Origin: an uncultured candidate division Zixibacteria bacterium
GTDB lineage: Bacteria > Zixibacteria > MSB-5A5 > UBA10806 > 4484-95
DNA length: 64,000 nucleotides
NCBI GenBank assembly: GCA_963668625.2
Contig: CAXXKA010000006.1
Location: forward strand, 1-64,000
Reading direction: 5' to 3'
The position numbers were made by a program, and so were the translations under genes. The stretch's first letter is position 1; each line of letters opens with the position of its first letter. The notes beneath the pieces are model-generated. The model did not search any database. It was not told where the DNA came from and saw only the letters and a program-made list of their open reading frames with translations. Below, in pieces: positions 40,360-50,129 of this stretch.

Positions 40360-40725
40360 CTAATTAACTAGCTGTTCGAATTTCTCTCTGAGCGGATTTA
40401 ATGCAACCAAACCGACTTGTATATCTCGCGGGCGATGGTTCTTGAAAAACACGCTAGCAGGTACGCTTCTGATTTGATACATACGAGCCGTTTCGGGGTT
40501 GTTGTTGGCGTTTAGTCTGAACACGTTCACTTTCCCGGCGTATTCCGGCCCCAACTCGTTCAGAAGTCCGGTCATTACCTGGCAATGCGGGCATGATGAG
40601 TTGAAGAAGCTGACTACCGCCGGGGTATCGGAGGCAAGTACCAATTGCTCGAAATCCTCATCCCCTATCTCGATCGGTTTGCCGGGTTTGGGCTCACGGC
40701 TGAAAAGGTTCGATAAAAATCCCAT
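40360..40725 (-). CDS. Thioredoxin-family protein
   Basis: CPHC motif, IRSVP cis-Pro loop. Confidence 0.9.
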   Translation of the reverse strand: MGFLSNLFSREPKPGKPIEIGDEDFEQLVLASDTPAVVSFFNSSCPHCQVMTGLLNELGPEYAGKVNVFRLNANNNPETARMYQIRSVPASVFFKNHRPRDIQVGLVALNPLREKFEQLVN

Positions 40726-40767
40726 ATAGATAATATACCAATGCCGGAGGATAATACAAGTTAGAAC

Positions 40768-41643
40768 TTATTGCGGCTTACGATAAACCTTCCATTGCGC
40801 AATCCACACGCCTGAAAGCACCATCGCCCCACCTGTTGCTGAATATATTCCGAACGATTCATTGAGGTATGGCACAGCTAGCATGGTTGTTGCTATTGGC
40901 TCGAGATACAGGAATATCCCCGCGCGGGCCGCTCCCAGACGAGCGACACCCTCCTGCCAGAACCAGTGAGCTAAAGCCGTGCCGAATATCCCCAGGTATA
41001 AAAACGCTATCACAACCTCGATAGTGAATTGTTTGATTACCGAGGTATCAAATGTAAATATGATAAAGGCCGTACCGATTATCGTTGGCGTGATTAAAAC
41101 CGTGAATGTCGTGATGAGCGGATCGCAGTCGCGTGAGAGATCACGGGTGAATACCGTGTAGAATCCCCAGGTGAAACACGAGCCGAGCACCAGCCAGTCG
41201 CCGACCGAGGACAGCCAGTTGAGATCGGTGATATCGCCTTTAGATATGAGCAATACTATACCGGCCGTAGCGATTATAATACCGATAGCTGCATACCGGG
41301 TGATACGCTCTTTCAATATGAAATAAGCCAGCACAGCTGTTACCAGTGGCACCGCACCGATAAGCCAGCCCGTGTTTGTGGCCGAGGTGTATTTTATGCC
41401 GGTAAACTGTATAGCAAAATGAGCGGTGATAAATATCGAGCCTAAAATTAATCCGCGTCGATGTCCCTTGAAATCGAATTTCTTTCCTCGCCATCTTATC
41501 AGGGTGTACATCAGGGGAAGACCGATTAGCAGCCGGAAACCCATCAGGTTTATAGGCGAGACATGCTCTAATACGATTTTCGAGGCGACGAAGTTCCAGC
41601 CCCAGATTATCACCGCTAACAGTAAAAATATTGATGCTGCCAT
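40768..41643 (-). CDS. DMT/EamA family transporter
   Basis: IIWGWNF, ~10 TM helices, YLEP motif. Confidence 0.92.
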   Translation of the reverse strand: MAASIFLLLAVIIWGWNFVASKIVLEHVSPINLMGFRLLIGLPLMYTLIRWRGKKFDFKGHRRGLILGSIFITAHFAIQFTGIKYTSATNTGWLIGAVPLVTAVLAYFILKERITRYAAIGIIIATAGIVLLISKGDITDLNWLSSVGDWLVLGSCFTWGFYTVFTRDLSRDCDPLITTFTVLITPTIIGTAFIIFTFDTSVIKQFTIEVVIAFLYLGIFGTALAHWFWQEGVARLGAARAGIFLYLEPIATTMLAVPYLNESFGIYSATGGAMVLSGVWIAQWKVYRKPQ

Positions 41644-41680
41644 GGCGGGATGATATGATTTTTTCGATACTTATGCAATG

Positions 41681-42343
41681 CTAAAGATCGGATGATATCT
41701 TAGGCGGGATTTTCTCTATCACCACTCCTATACTTAATGCGAAAACAGTCGGTTCATCGCTAAATGATGCTCCGAAACCGATAACTAACGCAAAAGCCGA
41801 TGCTTCTCTTATCCTGAAGTCAATTCCAGTAAGGAAACAGCTATCATCATACTTTTTAGTTCGGTTATCGGATATATCTTTCGTAATATTCGCTAAAGAA
41901 TAACCTATAGATGGATAGCAGGAGATTCTATTGTTTATATCTATTTTTCTGTGAGCGAAACAACTATAAGTGATAATAGTATATCGGTGTGAATTCGTTT
42001 CACTAAGGAGATTAATATTAAAAGAAGCACCCAGTGAAATACCTATAGGAATAGATCCTTTCTGCTTGAGTGGATGCAGCATAGCTGACGGGCCGAAAAA
42101 GGTGGTATATTTCCTTGAGGCAGTGGATTTGTTTCTACTGGCTCCTAACCCGAAATCGAAATACGATTGAAGCGATGCGCTGAAATCAAACGCGAATGAT
42201 TCGGCGCCCTCCTGCTTGCCAATACCTCCTGAAAAGCCATAGCCCGCTTTACCGGTATCTAAAAACTGCCCCTGGGCAAAACATGCGGCAGAAATAGCTA
42301 AAATAAAAATGATTGATTTCGATAGTGTTTTAATAGTGTTCAT
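41681..42343 (-). CDS. Hypothetical secreted/outer-membrane protein
   Basis: Signal peptide, beta-strand-rich sequence. Confidence 0.65.
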   Translation of the reverse strand: MNTIKTLSKSIIFILAISAACFAQGQFLDTGKAGYGFSGGIGKQEGAESFAFDFSASLQSYFDFGLGASRNKSTASRKYTTFFGPSAMLHPLKQKGSIPIGISLGASFNINLLSETNSHRYTIITYSCFAHRKIDINNRISCYPSIGYSLANITKDISDNRTKKYDDSCFLTGIDFRIREASAFALVIGFGASFSDEPTVFALSIGVVIEKIPPKISSDL

Positions 42344-42483
42344 AAAATATCCCTTCTTATATTATCCCTTTAGCTCAATATAATGATCCTGAGTATTTTA
42401 ATGCAATTAAATCTTGAGCTTTCGAGTAATATTTTGTATTGTTCGTATGAGTTTGGGTATTAAAATTCAATAGGGAGAACAAT

Positions 42484-43014
42484 ATGAAAACGAAAGCAGC
42501 TATCCTGGTAGTAGTGGTGCTGGTAATTTCAACTGCCGTTATTTTCGCGGCTGGCAAATCCTGGTTCGATAGAGCTAATTGCGACTATTGCAAAAACTTT
42601 CTCGATGAGAAAGGATTGATGGAGCATATATCGAAATGGGAGCATCACAATGTGAAAAACGGCGCGGTTACGATAACGGTTATCGATCCTGAATACATTC
42701 CAGCTTTCAAGCGCGCCATGGGTAAAATGCAGGATGTTGCCAGTAAAGAGATGGCCGGAGAGGAAGTAAAAACCTGCGGTATGTGCGATGCCTACAGCTC
42801 GATATATGCTCATGGCGCCGAGTGGGATGTGGTAGAGTCAGGTGACATGATAATCTCGCTTTTGTGGTCAAGCAATCCCGAGGTGGTCGCCGAGATTCAT
42901 GCCGCTGTTGACCGCACCAACAAAGAGCTGGCTTTGATATCAAAGATGAACGAGACCGGTGAGATGAATAAAGCGAAGATGCAGGAACATCATAAGGAGA
43001 AGGATCATAAATAA
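42484..43014 (+). CDS. Secreted hypothetical protein with two CxxC motifs
   Basis: GGGAG RBS, signal peptide, CDYC and CGMC. Confidence 0.75.
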   Translation: MKTKAAILVVVVLVISTAVIFAAGKSWFDRANCDYCKNFLDEKGLMEHISKWEHHNVKNGAVTITVIDPEYIPAFKRAMGKMQDVASKEMAGEEVKTCGMCDAYSSIYAHGAEWDVVESGDMIISLLWSSNPEVVAEIHAAVDRTNKELALISKMNETGEMNKAKMQEHHKEKDHK

Positions 43015-43118
43015 ACTTTGTGTTTGATCTCACCTGTCATCGCGAGGAAGTTCGCCGCAGCGGACGGACGAGGCAATCCGTTGAATTTTAGTAGAGCATT
43101 CTGCAACAGCAATAAAAT

Positions 43119-43152
43119 GACAAAGGGCGTATCAAACGATACGCCCTTTGTC
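43119..43152. terminator. Hairpin between convergent genes (probable bidirectional terminator)
   Basis: gacaaagggcgtatc-aaac-gatacgccctttgtc perfect 15-bp stem. Confidence 0.8.
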
Positions 43153-44165
43153 TATTTCCCTAATCTCTCTTTCAACCACTCGACCTGTTTCTCAGGCCCC
43201 TTTATTTTCTTGTCCCACTCGGGATCGGGATCGCGGAAGTAGATATCGTAGCGAAGAGTCTTGATACCCTCGATAGAACCGAACTCGCGATTTGCACCGA
43301 ACATCTGCTCGAAAAACAACGGGTAGTTGTATTCCTCATCCAACTCGATCATCTCAGAGCGCGAGAGAGTATTAAGCGCCGCGCCAACTAAAGCTGTCTG
43401 ATGAATGAATATCTTGTTGGTGATATCCTCCTGGCACATCCTGACCAGAGTTGAATCTGTATAGAGCTTTTCGAAATCCTCGCTCCATTTTTGAAGAATG
43501 CCCTTTTGCGGTCGAACTACGAGTAAACCGGCGTTGAAATAAGCGTTGACCTTCTGCTGGTCGGCGGGCGTAGTCATCTCGAAAAGCGACTCGGATTTGA
43601 TATCGAGCACCTCGTAAATCCTGGCCCAGAACGGATTGGGCGGCTTGCCGTAAAGCGTACCGGAGCGGTTATGCATGACAGGTCGATAAGCGAAACTGAT
43701 ATTCGGATCGAGTAAAAACTCTGTCGGTTCCTGCAGCACGATGGTATCATCATCCATCCACACCAGGTAGTCGTACTCATTCTCGGCTCGCTTCTCGCAT
43801 AAACCGGAGGCGAACACCTTACCGGCGAAATAGAATTTCAGCGCCTCATCAGGAGCGGAGCTCGAGAACACTTCAACATTCAGCGATTTGAAACGCTCCC
43901 GGGTTTGCTCCAGATCGAGATTGTTATAGTCGGCTAAGTACAGCCATATCGGCGCGTTTTTAGCTTTACCGCCAAACTCACGGATGCTTTCGGCGAGATA
44001 GTATATGTGATCGAGTTGTTCTTCATCCTCGGCAAACGAGGCGAACACCAGCGGTTTTTTCTGCGGAGCTTGCGGCATCTCATTCTCCTCCGTTAACTGG
44101 CAATAGCCGATTGAAAAGATTAAGGGTATAAGTAAGAGGTATATAATCGTGATTTTGTTAATCAT
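43152..44165 (-). CDS. Secreted GT-A fold (GT8-like) protein
   Basis: Signal peptide; WMDDDTIV (DxD), YFNAGLLVV, Q..L, YNYP. Confidence 0.6.
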   Translation of the reverse strand: MINKITIIYLLLIPLIFSIGYCQLTEENEMPQAPQKKPLVFASFAEDEEQLDHIYYLAESIREFGGKAKNAPIWLYLADYNNLDLEQTRERFKSLNVEVFSSSAPDEALKFYFAGKVFASGLCEKRAENEYDYLVWMDDDTIVLQEPTEFLLDPNISFAYRPVMHNRSGTLYGKPPNPFWARIYEVLDIKSESLFEMTTPADQQKVNAYFNAGLLVVRPQKGILQKWSEDFEKLYTDSTLVRMCQEDITNKIFIHQTALVGAALNTLSRSEMIELDEEYNYPLFFEQMFGANREFGSIEGIKTLRYDIYFRDPDPEWDKKIKGPEKQVEWLKERLGK

Positions 44166-44274
44166 CTTTACACCTTCGTACTCAGGTTACGGTAGATGGC
44201 GGTTGGTTGTTGCGTTTTGGTGTTCTCAATCTAATAAATGATTGAAATATTGTTTGTCGGATATAGAAGGCCAT

Positions 44275-44721
44275 TCAAGTAAGCATAGAATTATCAATAT
44301 TATTTGAAGGATCAGAAATGATATTGATTGTATTTAATAGATCATTAGCTATAATAAATGCCGAATCTGCAGCTGTTTTAAAACCATTATCAATTTTCTC
44401 AAAATTAGACATTCTATAATCAGAATCTTCTCTCATTTCTTTCAATTCTTCCAAACCTGCGCCAATATACCTTACATTCTTGCTATTAGATGAATAGAGT
44501 AAATCAATAATCAACCTATGACTGCCTTTTAATGCTCTACTATAAATCGATAAGTCTTTTTGGAGTTTCTTATCTAATTCAATTTTAATAAGATTATGTA
44601 ATGAATAATAAAACCGGCTAATAGCACATCTATACCTCGTTTCCTCTAAAGAAATATCAATTGCGCTATTATTCTTTAAGCAGGTAGCGATTCTGAAATA
44701 ATTATTCCAATCATAACTCAT
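44275..44721 (-). CDS. HEPN domain protein
   Basis: RCAISRFYYSLHN, SH, LKEMREDSDY pattern. Confidence 0.75.
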   Translation of the reverse strand: MSYDWNNYFRIATCLKNNSAIDISLEETRYRCAISRFYYSLHNLIKIELDKKLQKDLSIYSRALKGSHRLIIDLLYSSNSKNVRYIGAGLEELKEMREDSDYRMSNFEKIDNGFKTAADSAFIIANDLLNTINIISDPSNNIDNSMLT

Positions 44722-45440
44722 TGAATAGCCACACTAAAAACGATTCTTACATCCAAAGGATCGTAATACTCCAAAAACCAATCCAGTTTAAACTTCTTTA
44801 ATCTTTTATGAGATTCCAATAAATCAAAATTAGTTGAAATTACAATTCTTAACTTGGGTGGTTCAGGCTCTTCGAAATCTTCGAGTAATTCTATAGTTAA
44901 ACTAATTTCATTGTTAAAATAATATGAAGCGTTTGTATGTATATCATTAAGTATCTCTAGGTAATGTGAATTTTCTTTTAAAAACTTCAACAAAGATTTG
45001 TTATTTGTGAAATTGTATTTAAGATAAATATCAGCAATAGAATATTGTTCATGTGCCTTTTTAAGAACACAGTACCAATTTAAGTCTAAGTTAGTAGAAA
45101 ATGAAATCCCCATATTATCAAAAAGATGTTTCCCGAAATTATAAGCCCAACTAAAATTCCTTACATTTACTGTACTTCTATTTTCAACAATGTCATCAAT
45201 GCTAAAAGGATTAATAACTTGTACGTTTCCATTAATACGAGGTAGTATTTCTTGATTAGAATTAATATGAGAATTCCTGAGAAGGAAAACAGAATTTGCT
45301 ATAGCTTCGCATGACGATGGAGTAATAGAAATTCTTGGAGAACGCTTAACTTGAACGTCTTTGCTTAGCTTGGTAAAAGTTAGCAAATCCTCGTTATATG
45401 GAGGATTGGTAAAATCACCTACGGTTAAGTGTGTTCCCAT
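44718..45440 (-). CDS. Hypothetical protein
   Basis: 240-aa AT-rich ORF coupled to both neighbours; C-terminal LKKFKLDWF segment. Confidence 0.7.
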   Translation of the reverse strand: MGTHLTVGDFTNPPYNEDLLTFTKLSKDVQVKRSPRISITPSSCEAIANSVFLLRNSHINSNQEILPRINGNVQVINPFSIDDIVENRSTVNVRNFSWAYNFGKHLFDNMGISFSTNLDLNWYCVLKKAHEQYSIADIYLKYNFTNNKSLLKFLKENSHYLEILNDIHTNASYYFNNEISLTIELLEDFEEPEPPKLRIVISTNFDLLESHKRLKKFKLDWFLEYYDPLDVRIVFSVAIQ

Positions 45441-45442
45441 TA

Positions 45443-46171
45443 TTAGTTAAACTCCTGAAGTAATTTTTCTGCTATACATAATCCAAATGCTTTGTTTAAA
45501 TGGTCATGAGCTATATCTAGCCATTTCGTCGTAGAATCGATGGAAATAGATTCAGGATTTACCGAAAAGTATTCAAGATGAAGGGATATAAAATGCTTTT
45601 TATCCCTAGGTGGCTCTTTTGAAAATAAGGTTATTCTTAAAAAATCATTATCGCTGTTTTTGGGAAATGATGCACCTGCTATCATTGGCCCAGCTGCTGA
45701 TCCAAGTTCAGATGTAAATTCCGGCCTAAAATGAAAGTAGTCTTCCATGTCTAAAACATCTTGTTCAAAATAAATATGATTCTTGTATTCTAATTTAATA
45801 CGGCTTAATTCTTTTAACTCAGTAATTTCAATATAATGCTTAAAAGCAGTATTAATGATTGGTGAGAAATCATTCCAATTGCTATATGGTTTTTTTTGGT
45901 GAATTGAAATCTGATTACTGCCAACATCTAAATAAGTATTGTTTGTATTATTTAGAAATTGTTGGATGTTAATTTCAATAGGTTTAGGGATAACTTTGCT
46001 ATCAATTTCTTCATATATAAAATCATTGAAAACGGTTTTAGTTTTTTGCGGGAATAGCTTTTTAATTTTTTCGTGCAGTAATCCGTAAAATGTTAAATCC
46101 TCACAAGAATCATTAAAAACAAAACTACATACAACTTCTTCTAACGGAGGATTCTTTAATTTTTCTACCAT
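45443..46171 (-). CDS. TIGR04255 family protein
   Basis: LKNPPLEEVVC, YSNWNDF, RIKLEYKNHI, WLDIAH motifs. Confidence 0.8.
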   Translation of the reverse strand: MVEKLKNPPLEEVVCSFVFNDSCEDLTFYGLLHEKIKKLFPQKTKTVFNDFIYEEIDSKVIPKPIEINIQQFLNNTNNTYLDVGSNQISIHQKKPYSNWNDFSPIINTAFKHYIEITELKELSRIKLEYKNHIYFEQDVLDMEDYFHFRPEFTSELGSAAGPMIAGASFPKNSDNDFLRITLFSKEPPRDKKHFISLHLEYFSVNPESISIDSTTKWLDIAHDHLNKAFGLCIAEKLLQEFN

Positions 46172-46236
46172 ATTTCAACCTTTGAAAATCTACAATTACA
46201 TAATACAGTTTTCGGCCTAAATTGGCAAGTATTTAA

Positions 46237-47238
46237 TCATTCCTTCACATCCGCCAGCAGCTTATCCACGATATCCAGCGAGGTTACGCTTTCGGCCTCG
46301 GCGGCGAATGAGGTCACTATGCGATGACGAAGCACCGGGCGGGCGACCGCCTGCACATCCTCTATCGAGGGGGTAGTACGGCCCTGGAGAATGGCTCGGG
46401 TCTTGGCGCCTAATATCAGGTACTGCGAGGCACGCGGGCCTGCTCCCCAGCTTACCCATTTCTGCACGTAATCGGGAGCTTCGGAGCCCTCGCCGATACG
46501 GGTGGCACGAGCCAGTTTTACCGCATAAGCTATTACATGATCGGATACCGGCACGCGGCGTACCAGGTCCTGCAATGTTACGATCTCCTCGGCTTTCATG
46601 ATCACATCGACCTCGGAGGTGTAGGCCGAGGTGGTAGTACGCACGATCTCGTTTTCCTCCTCCTGCGAGGGGTAGTCGACATAAATATTGAACATGAAAC
46701 GGTCAAGCTGCGCCTCGGGCAGGGGATAGGTACCCTCCAGCTCGATCGGATTCTGGGTTGCCAGTACGAAAAACGGCTCCTCCAGCTTGAACGTGTTCGA
46801 TCCGGCTGTCACCTCGTGCTCCTGCATAGCCTGAAGAAGCGCTGCCTGGGTTTTAGGCGGGGTACGGTTTATCTCATCAGCTAACACGATATTGGCGAAC
46901 ACGGGGCCGCGCACGAATTTAAACTCGCGTGAACCGGTGGTTTTGTTCTCCTCAATTATCTCGGTGCCGGTGATATCGGAGGGCATGAGATCGGGGGTGA
47001 ACTGTATGCGGGAGAAATCCAGGTCGAGCGTTTTTGAAAGCGAGGATATCATCAGGGTTTTAGCCAGGCCGGGTACGCCTACCAGAAGGCAGTGACCGCG
47101 AGCGAGTATCGCTATCAGAAGTTCCTCTATTACTCTATCCTGCCCGACAATTACTTTGCCCAGTTCTTTTTTTATGCGACTGAAACCATCATTTAACCGT
47201 TCAACTGCTGCCAGATCGCCTTTTTCTGATGCCATCAT
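46237..47238 (-). CDS. MoxR family AAA+ ATPase
   Basis: GVPGLAKT, RIQFTPDLMPSD, DEINR, ATQNPIE, LPEAQLDRF. Confidence 0.96.
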   Translation of the reverse strand: MMASEKGDLAAVERLNDGFSRIKKELGKVIVGQDRVIEELLIAILARGHCLLVGVPGLAKTLMISSLSKTLDLDFSRIQFTPDLMPSDITGTEIIEENKTTGSREFKFVRGPVFANIVLADEINRTPPKTQAALLQAMQEHEVTAGSNTFKLEEPFFVLATQNPIELEGTYPLPEAQLDRFMFNIYVDYPSQEEENEIVRTTTSAYTSEVDVIMKAEEIVTLQDLVRRVPVSDHVIAYAVKLARATRIGEGSEAPDYVQKWVSWGAGPRASQYLILGAKTRAILQGRTTPSIEDVQAVARPVLRHRIVTSFAAEAESVTSLDIVDKLLADVKE

Positions 47239-47509
47239 TCCTCCAGAGTTTATTCGAGATTAGGAGATTAGTCGATTTATTTGGGCTTAACTTCCGTTGA
47301 TTGCGAGGTTCCCGTACGGTAAAGCATCCCTTTCGGGACTTTTACGGGAATAATACGCGCTTTTAGGATAAAATGAATAAATCCCAATGTATTCTCTCCG
47401 TTTTGCCCATATTTTATATCATCTATATTATACGCATTTGAAACTCGATATGGTATTTTTTTGTTGATTTTTATGGCAGTTGAGAATAAAACCACAATCC
47501 GGTGAATAT

Positions 47510-48079
47510 ATGGATATTCTTGATTTTATTAAATCCCGACGGTCTATACGAAAATTCCTCGATAAACCTGTCGACAAAGAACATCTCGATAAAATACTCG
47601 AGGCGGCCAGGTGGGCGCCCTCGGCTGGTAATTGCCAACCCTGGCGGTTTATCGTGGTAACCAACCGCAAGAAGATAAAGAAATTCGACCCGTTCTTTCA
47701 TCAACCGTGGGTGATGAATGCTCCTACGATCATCGTGGTTCTTTCGGCGCCGGAGGATAGCCGTAAGCGCTACGGCCCGACCAGCGAGTGGTACATCCAG
47801 GATTGCGCCGCGGCTACCCAGAACATCTTGCTTATGTCTCACGGGCTTGGCCTGGGGGCTGTCTGGATAGGCGCTTTCAGCAAAGAGGATGTCAGGAAGG
47901 AACTCGGGATACCGTCTCAATACGAGGTTTTCGGCCTGGTTTGTCTGGGACATTATAAGCATGAGGCAGAAATTTCCCTGGATGGATACGTGTTCTCGAA
48001 CAATGAACGTCGCCGACGTAAAAGCCTGGAAATGATAGCATTTCGGGAAAACCTGGATCGATCCTGGAACAGCGAATAA
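47510..48079 (+). CDS. Nitroreductase family protein
   Basis: RRSIRKF, APSAGNCQPW, GLGAVWIG. Confidence 0.93.
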   Translation: MDILDFIKSRRSIRKFLDKPVDKEHLDKILEAARWAPSAGNCQPWRFIVVTNRKKIKKFDPFFHQPWVMNAPTIIVVLSAPEDSRKRYGPTSEWYIQDCAAATQNILLMSHGLGLGAVWIGAFSKEDVRKELGIPSQYEVFGLVCLGHYKHEAEISLDGYVFSNNERRRRKSLEMIAFRENLDRSWNSE

Positions 48080-48178
48080 AGCTCTTTGATTAAAAGCGAA
48101 TTCTTGTTATATTATAGCCGGAGTAATTGAGGATTGAGAAACATATAGTCTGGCTTTCTTGATCGGAGGTATAATAGT

Positions 48179-49459
48179 ATGAATTCTTTGAAATTTATCC
48201 TGATTGCCATTGTTATCTTTATTGCGAGCCAATACGTGATGGCATTCGAGTGGGAACATATCGGTTTGGGTGGCAGCACGGTTATCTCATTAGCAGTCGA
48301 TCCTGATGATAGTGAGCGCATATTGGCCGGCACAGAGACCGGTCTATATTTAACCTCCAATAGCGGAAGTCTCTGGTCGATGAAAATAGCAGCGAACCTG
48401 TTGTTCCCCGATGTCGCCTGGGCGCCTCTGGCAACCGATTCGATATTATGTCTGGCCGGCGGCGGTTCTTACAGTGATGGTATCTATATCTCGGAGAATG
48501 GCGGTATAGGCTGGTCGGTAATCGGTTACTATGTTGACCCCCGTCAATTCGGTTTCGATATGGCAAATCCCGGTTTGATGTATTTTTGTTTCGATAACGG
48601 CATTTTGAAATCCGAGAATTACGGCTCGACTTTCGCTACGGCTAATAATGGTTTACCGGCCACTGATATCAGCGATGTTATGGGGGATGGCAGGAACGGT
48701 CTGGAGGCTTACGCCGCGGGCACTAATTTCCTGGTTCACACCGATAATTTCGCCAATACCTGGAGCGTAATGACAGGCGCGTTTAACGAACAAGGTCATT
48801 TTCCTAATCGCATCGCTTATGAGCCCAGCGCTTCAGAAACGTTGTATGTTAGCTGTAGCCAATCCGTAGCTGTTTCCTATAACGGCGGAGTAAGTTGGTC
48901 ATTTACGGAATTATCGGAATCCGATATCACTCCTATAGCCTGCAACTCGTCGATTCCCGGAGAGCTTTATATCGGCTCCGCTGCCGGTGGCGGTGTATTA
49001 AAATCAGAGGATTATGCGGTATCGTTTTATCCGATTAACTCCGATTTAGCTAACCTGAATGTTCACAGCCTGGCGATCACCCCTGATAATTACCTTCTGG
49101 CGGGTACCGCAAATGGCGTTTATAAAGTCAACCTGGCAACTGTAGGCGCCGGGGGAGATCATGCGATTCTGCCTCCGAGAACATATAAAATTAGCCAGAA
49201 TTATCCAAATCCGTTTAACGCTTCGACCACTTTCAATTTGAACCTCGATCCAGCCGAACACGTTAGGCTTGAGGTGTTCGATATCACCGGCAGGCTGGTT
49301 AAAACCCTGTATGATCACTATAGTGAGGACTATGGCTCGGTTAGTATAGTTTGGGATGGCACGGATAATAGCGGGGCTAATGTAGCCACCGGCGTATATT
49401 TCTACCGTCTGATAACCGATGATGAGAAAATTTGCAAACGGATGACGTTTATAAAATAG
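48179..49459 (+). CDS. Secreted beta-propeller protein with C-terminal sorting (T9SS type A/FlgD-like) domain
   Basis: Signal peptide, SxxGGxxW BNR-like repeats, QNYPNPFN...WDG...GVYFYRL. Confidence 0.85.
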   Translation: MNSLKFILIAIVIFIASQYVMAFEWEHIGLGGSTVISLAVDPDDSERILAGTETGLYLTSNSGSLWSMKIAANLLFPDVAWAPLATDSILCLAGGGSYSDGIYISENGGIGWSVIGYYVDPRQFGFDMANPGLMYFCFDNGILKSENYGSTFATANNGLPATDISDVMGDGRNGLEAYAAGTNFLVHTDNFANTWSVMTGAFNEQGHFPNRIAYEPSASETLYVSCSQSVAVSYNGGVSWSFTELSESDITPIACNSSIPGELYIGSAAGGGVLKSEDYAVSFYPINSDLANLNVHSLAITPDNYLLAGTANGVYKVNLATVGAGGDHAILPPRTYKISQNYPNPFNASTTFNLNLDPAEHVRLEVFDITGRLVKTLYDHYSEDYGSVSIVWDGTDNSGANVATGVYFYRLITDDEKICKRMTFIK

Positions 49460-49501
49460 TGCCTGCGGATTAATCTAGAAAAACTAATAAGTTATTGTTA
49501 G

Positions 49502-49533
49502 CAGGGTCGTTCAACCGAACGTCCCTGTTTTTT
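49502..49533 (+). terminator. Intrinsic terminator
   Basis: cagggtcgttc-aacc-gaacgtccctg followed by a T run. Confidence 0.7.
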
Positions 49534-50053
49534 GATCCTAAAAACCACCGGTTTATCCAGTGTGTTAGTTTGAGGCGAAGCATTTGCAGAAAATTGTATT
49601 ATCAACAGCTACGACTGATTCTCTCAATATTGTCACTATCCTATATCTGTCCTTACCTCGGAGGAGCTTGTTGAAAAAGTACTTGTTGGATGACGGTGGT
49701 GTCAGGAATCCATTCCTGACACCTGATTTCATGCGGCATGTCGCCGGGAAAGGATGAACAAAGGACTTCGTCCACCCAGCGACTCATGCAAATGGCTTTT
49801 TCAACAACCCCGGAGTATGTAATCCAGTATGGCCTTTTCTTTTTATAACACTAGACTCTATTTCTCTTTAGTTAGCTTATATATAGGGGAGACAGAACGA
49901 AGTTTTTAGAATACGGCGGGTTACAAAATCGGAGTTTTGTAACCAGTACAGCCCTTCCCCACCCCTGGATCCTGAATCAAGTTCAGGATGACACAGCCGG
50001 CTTAAGCCGGCAGGATAAAAGCCACCAACCCTGCGGCCGGCGGTAGTTTACTT
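49532..50053. repeat. Composite intergenic repeat homologous to 54282..54531, with nested insertions
   Basis: Shared blocks ttgatcct.aaaaccaccgg...ccttacctcggag and aaccagtac...ggatcctgaa...aggataaaagccac...gtagtttactt. Confidence 0.8.
49664..49811. mobile_element. 148-bp MITE with 16-bp imperfect TIRs and GGAG target duplication
   Basis: gagcttgttgaaaaag / ctttttcaacaacccc, flanked by GGAG (49660-63, 49812-15); the homologous site near 54410 has a single GGAG. Confidence 0.82.
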
Positions 50054-50129
50054 CGAGCAGTTTAGAGTTGATTTTATTTAGTGATTAAAATATTTGCTAA
50101 CTTGACTTTTAAGCTAAATAGTCATTATC

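Noticed and set aside
43034-43080. gtcatcgcgag...cgaggcaatcc REP-like half element
   Set aside because: Single partial copy in the window; cannot be supported as a repeat here.
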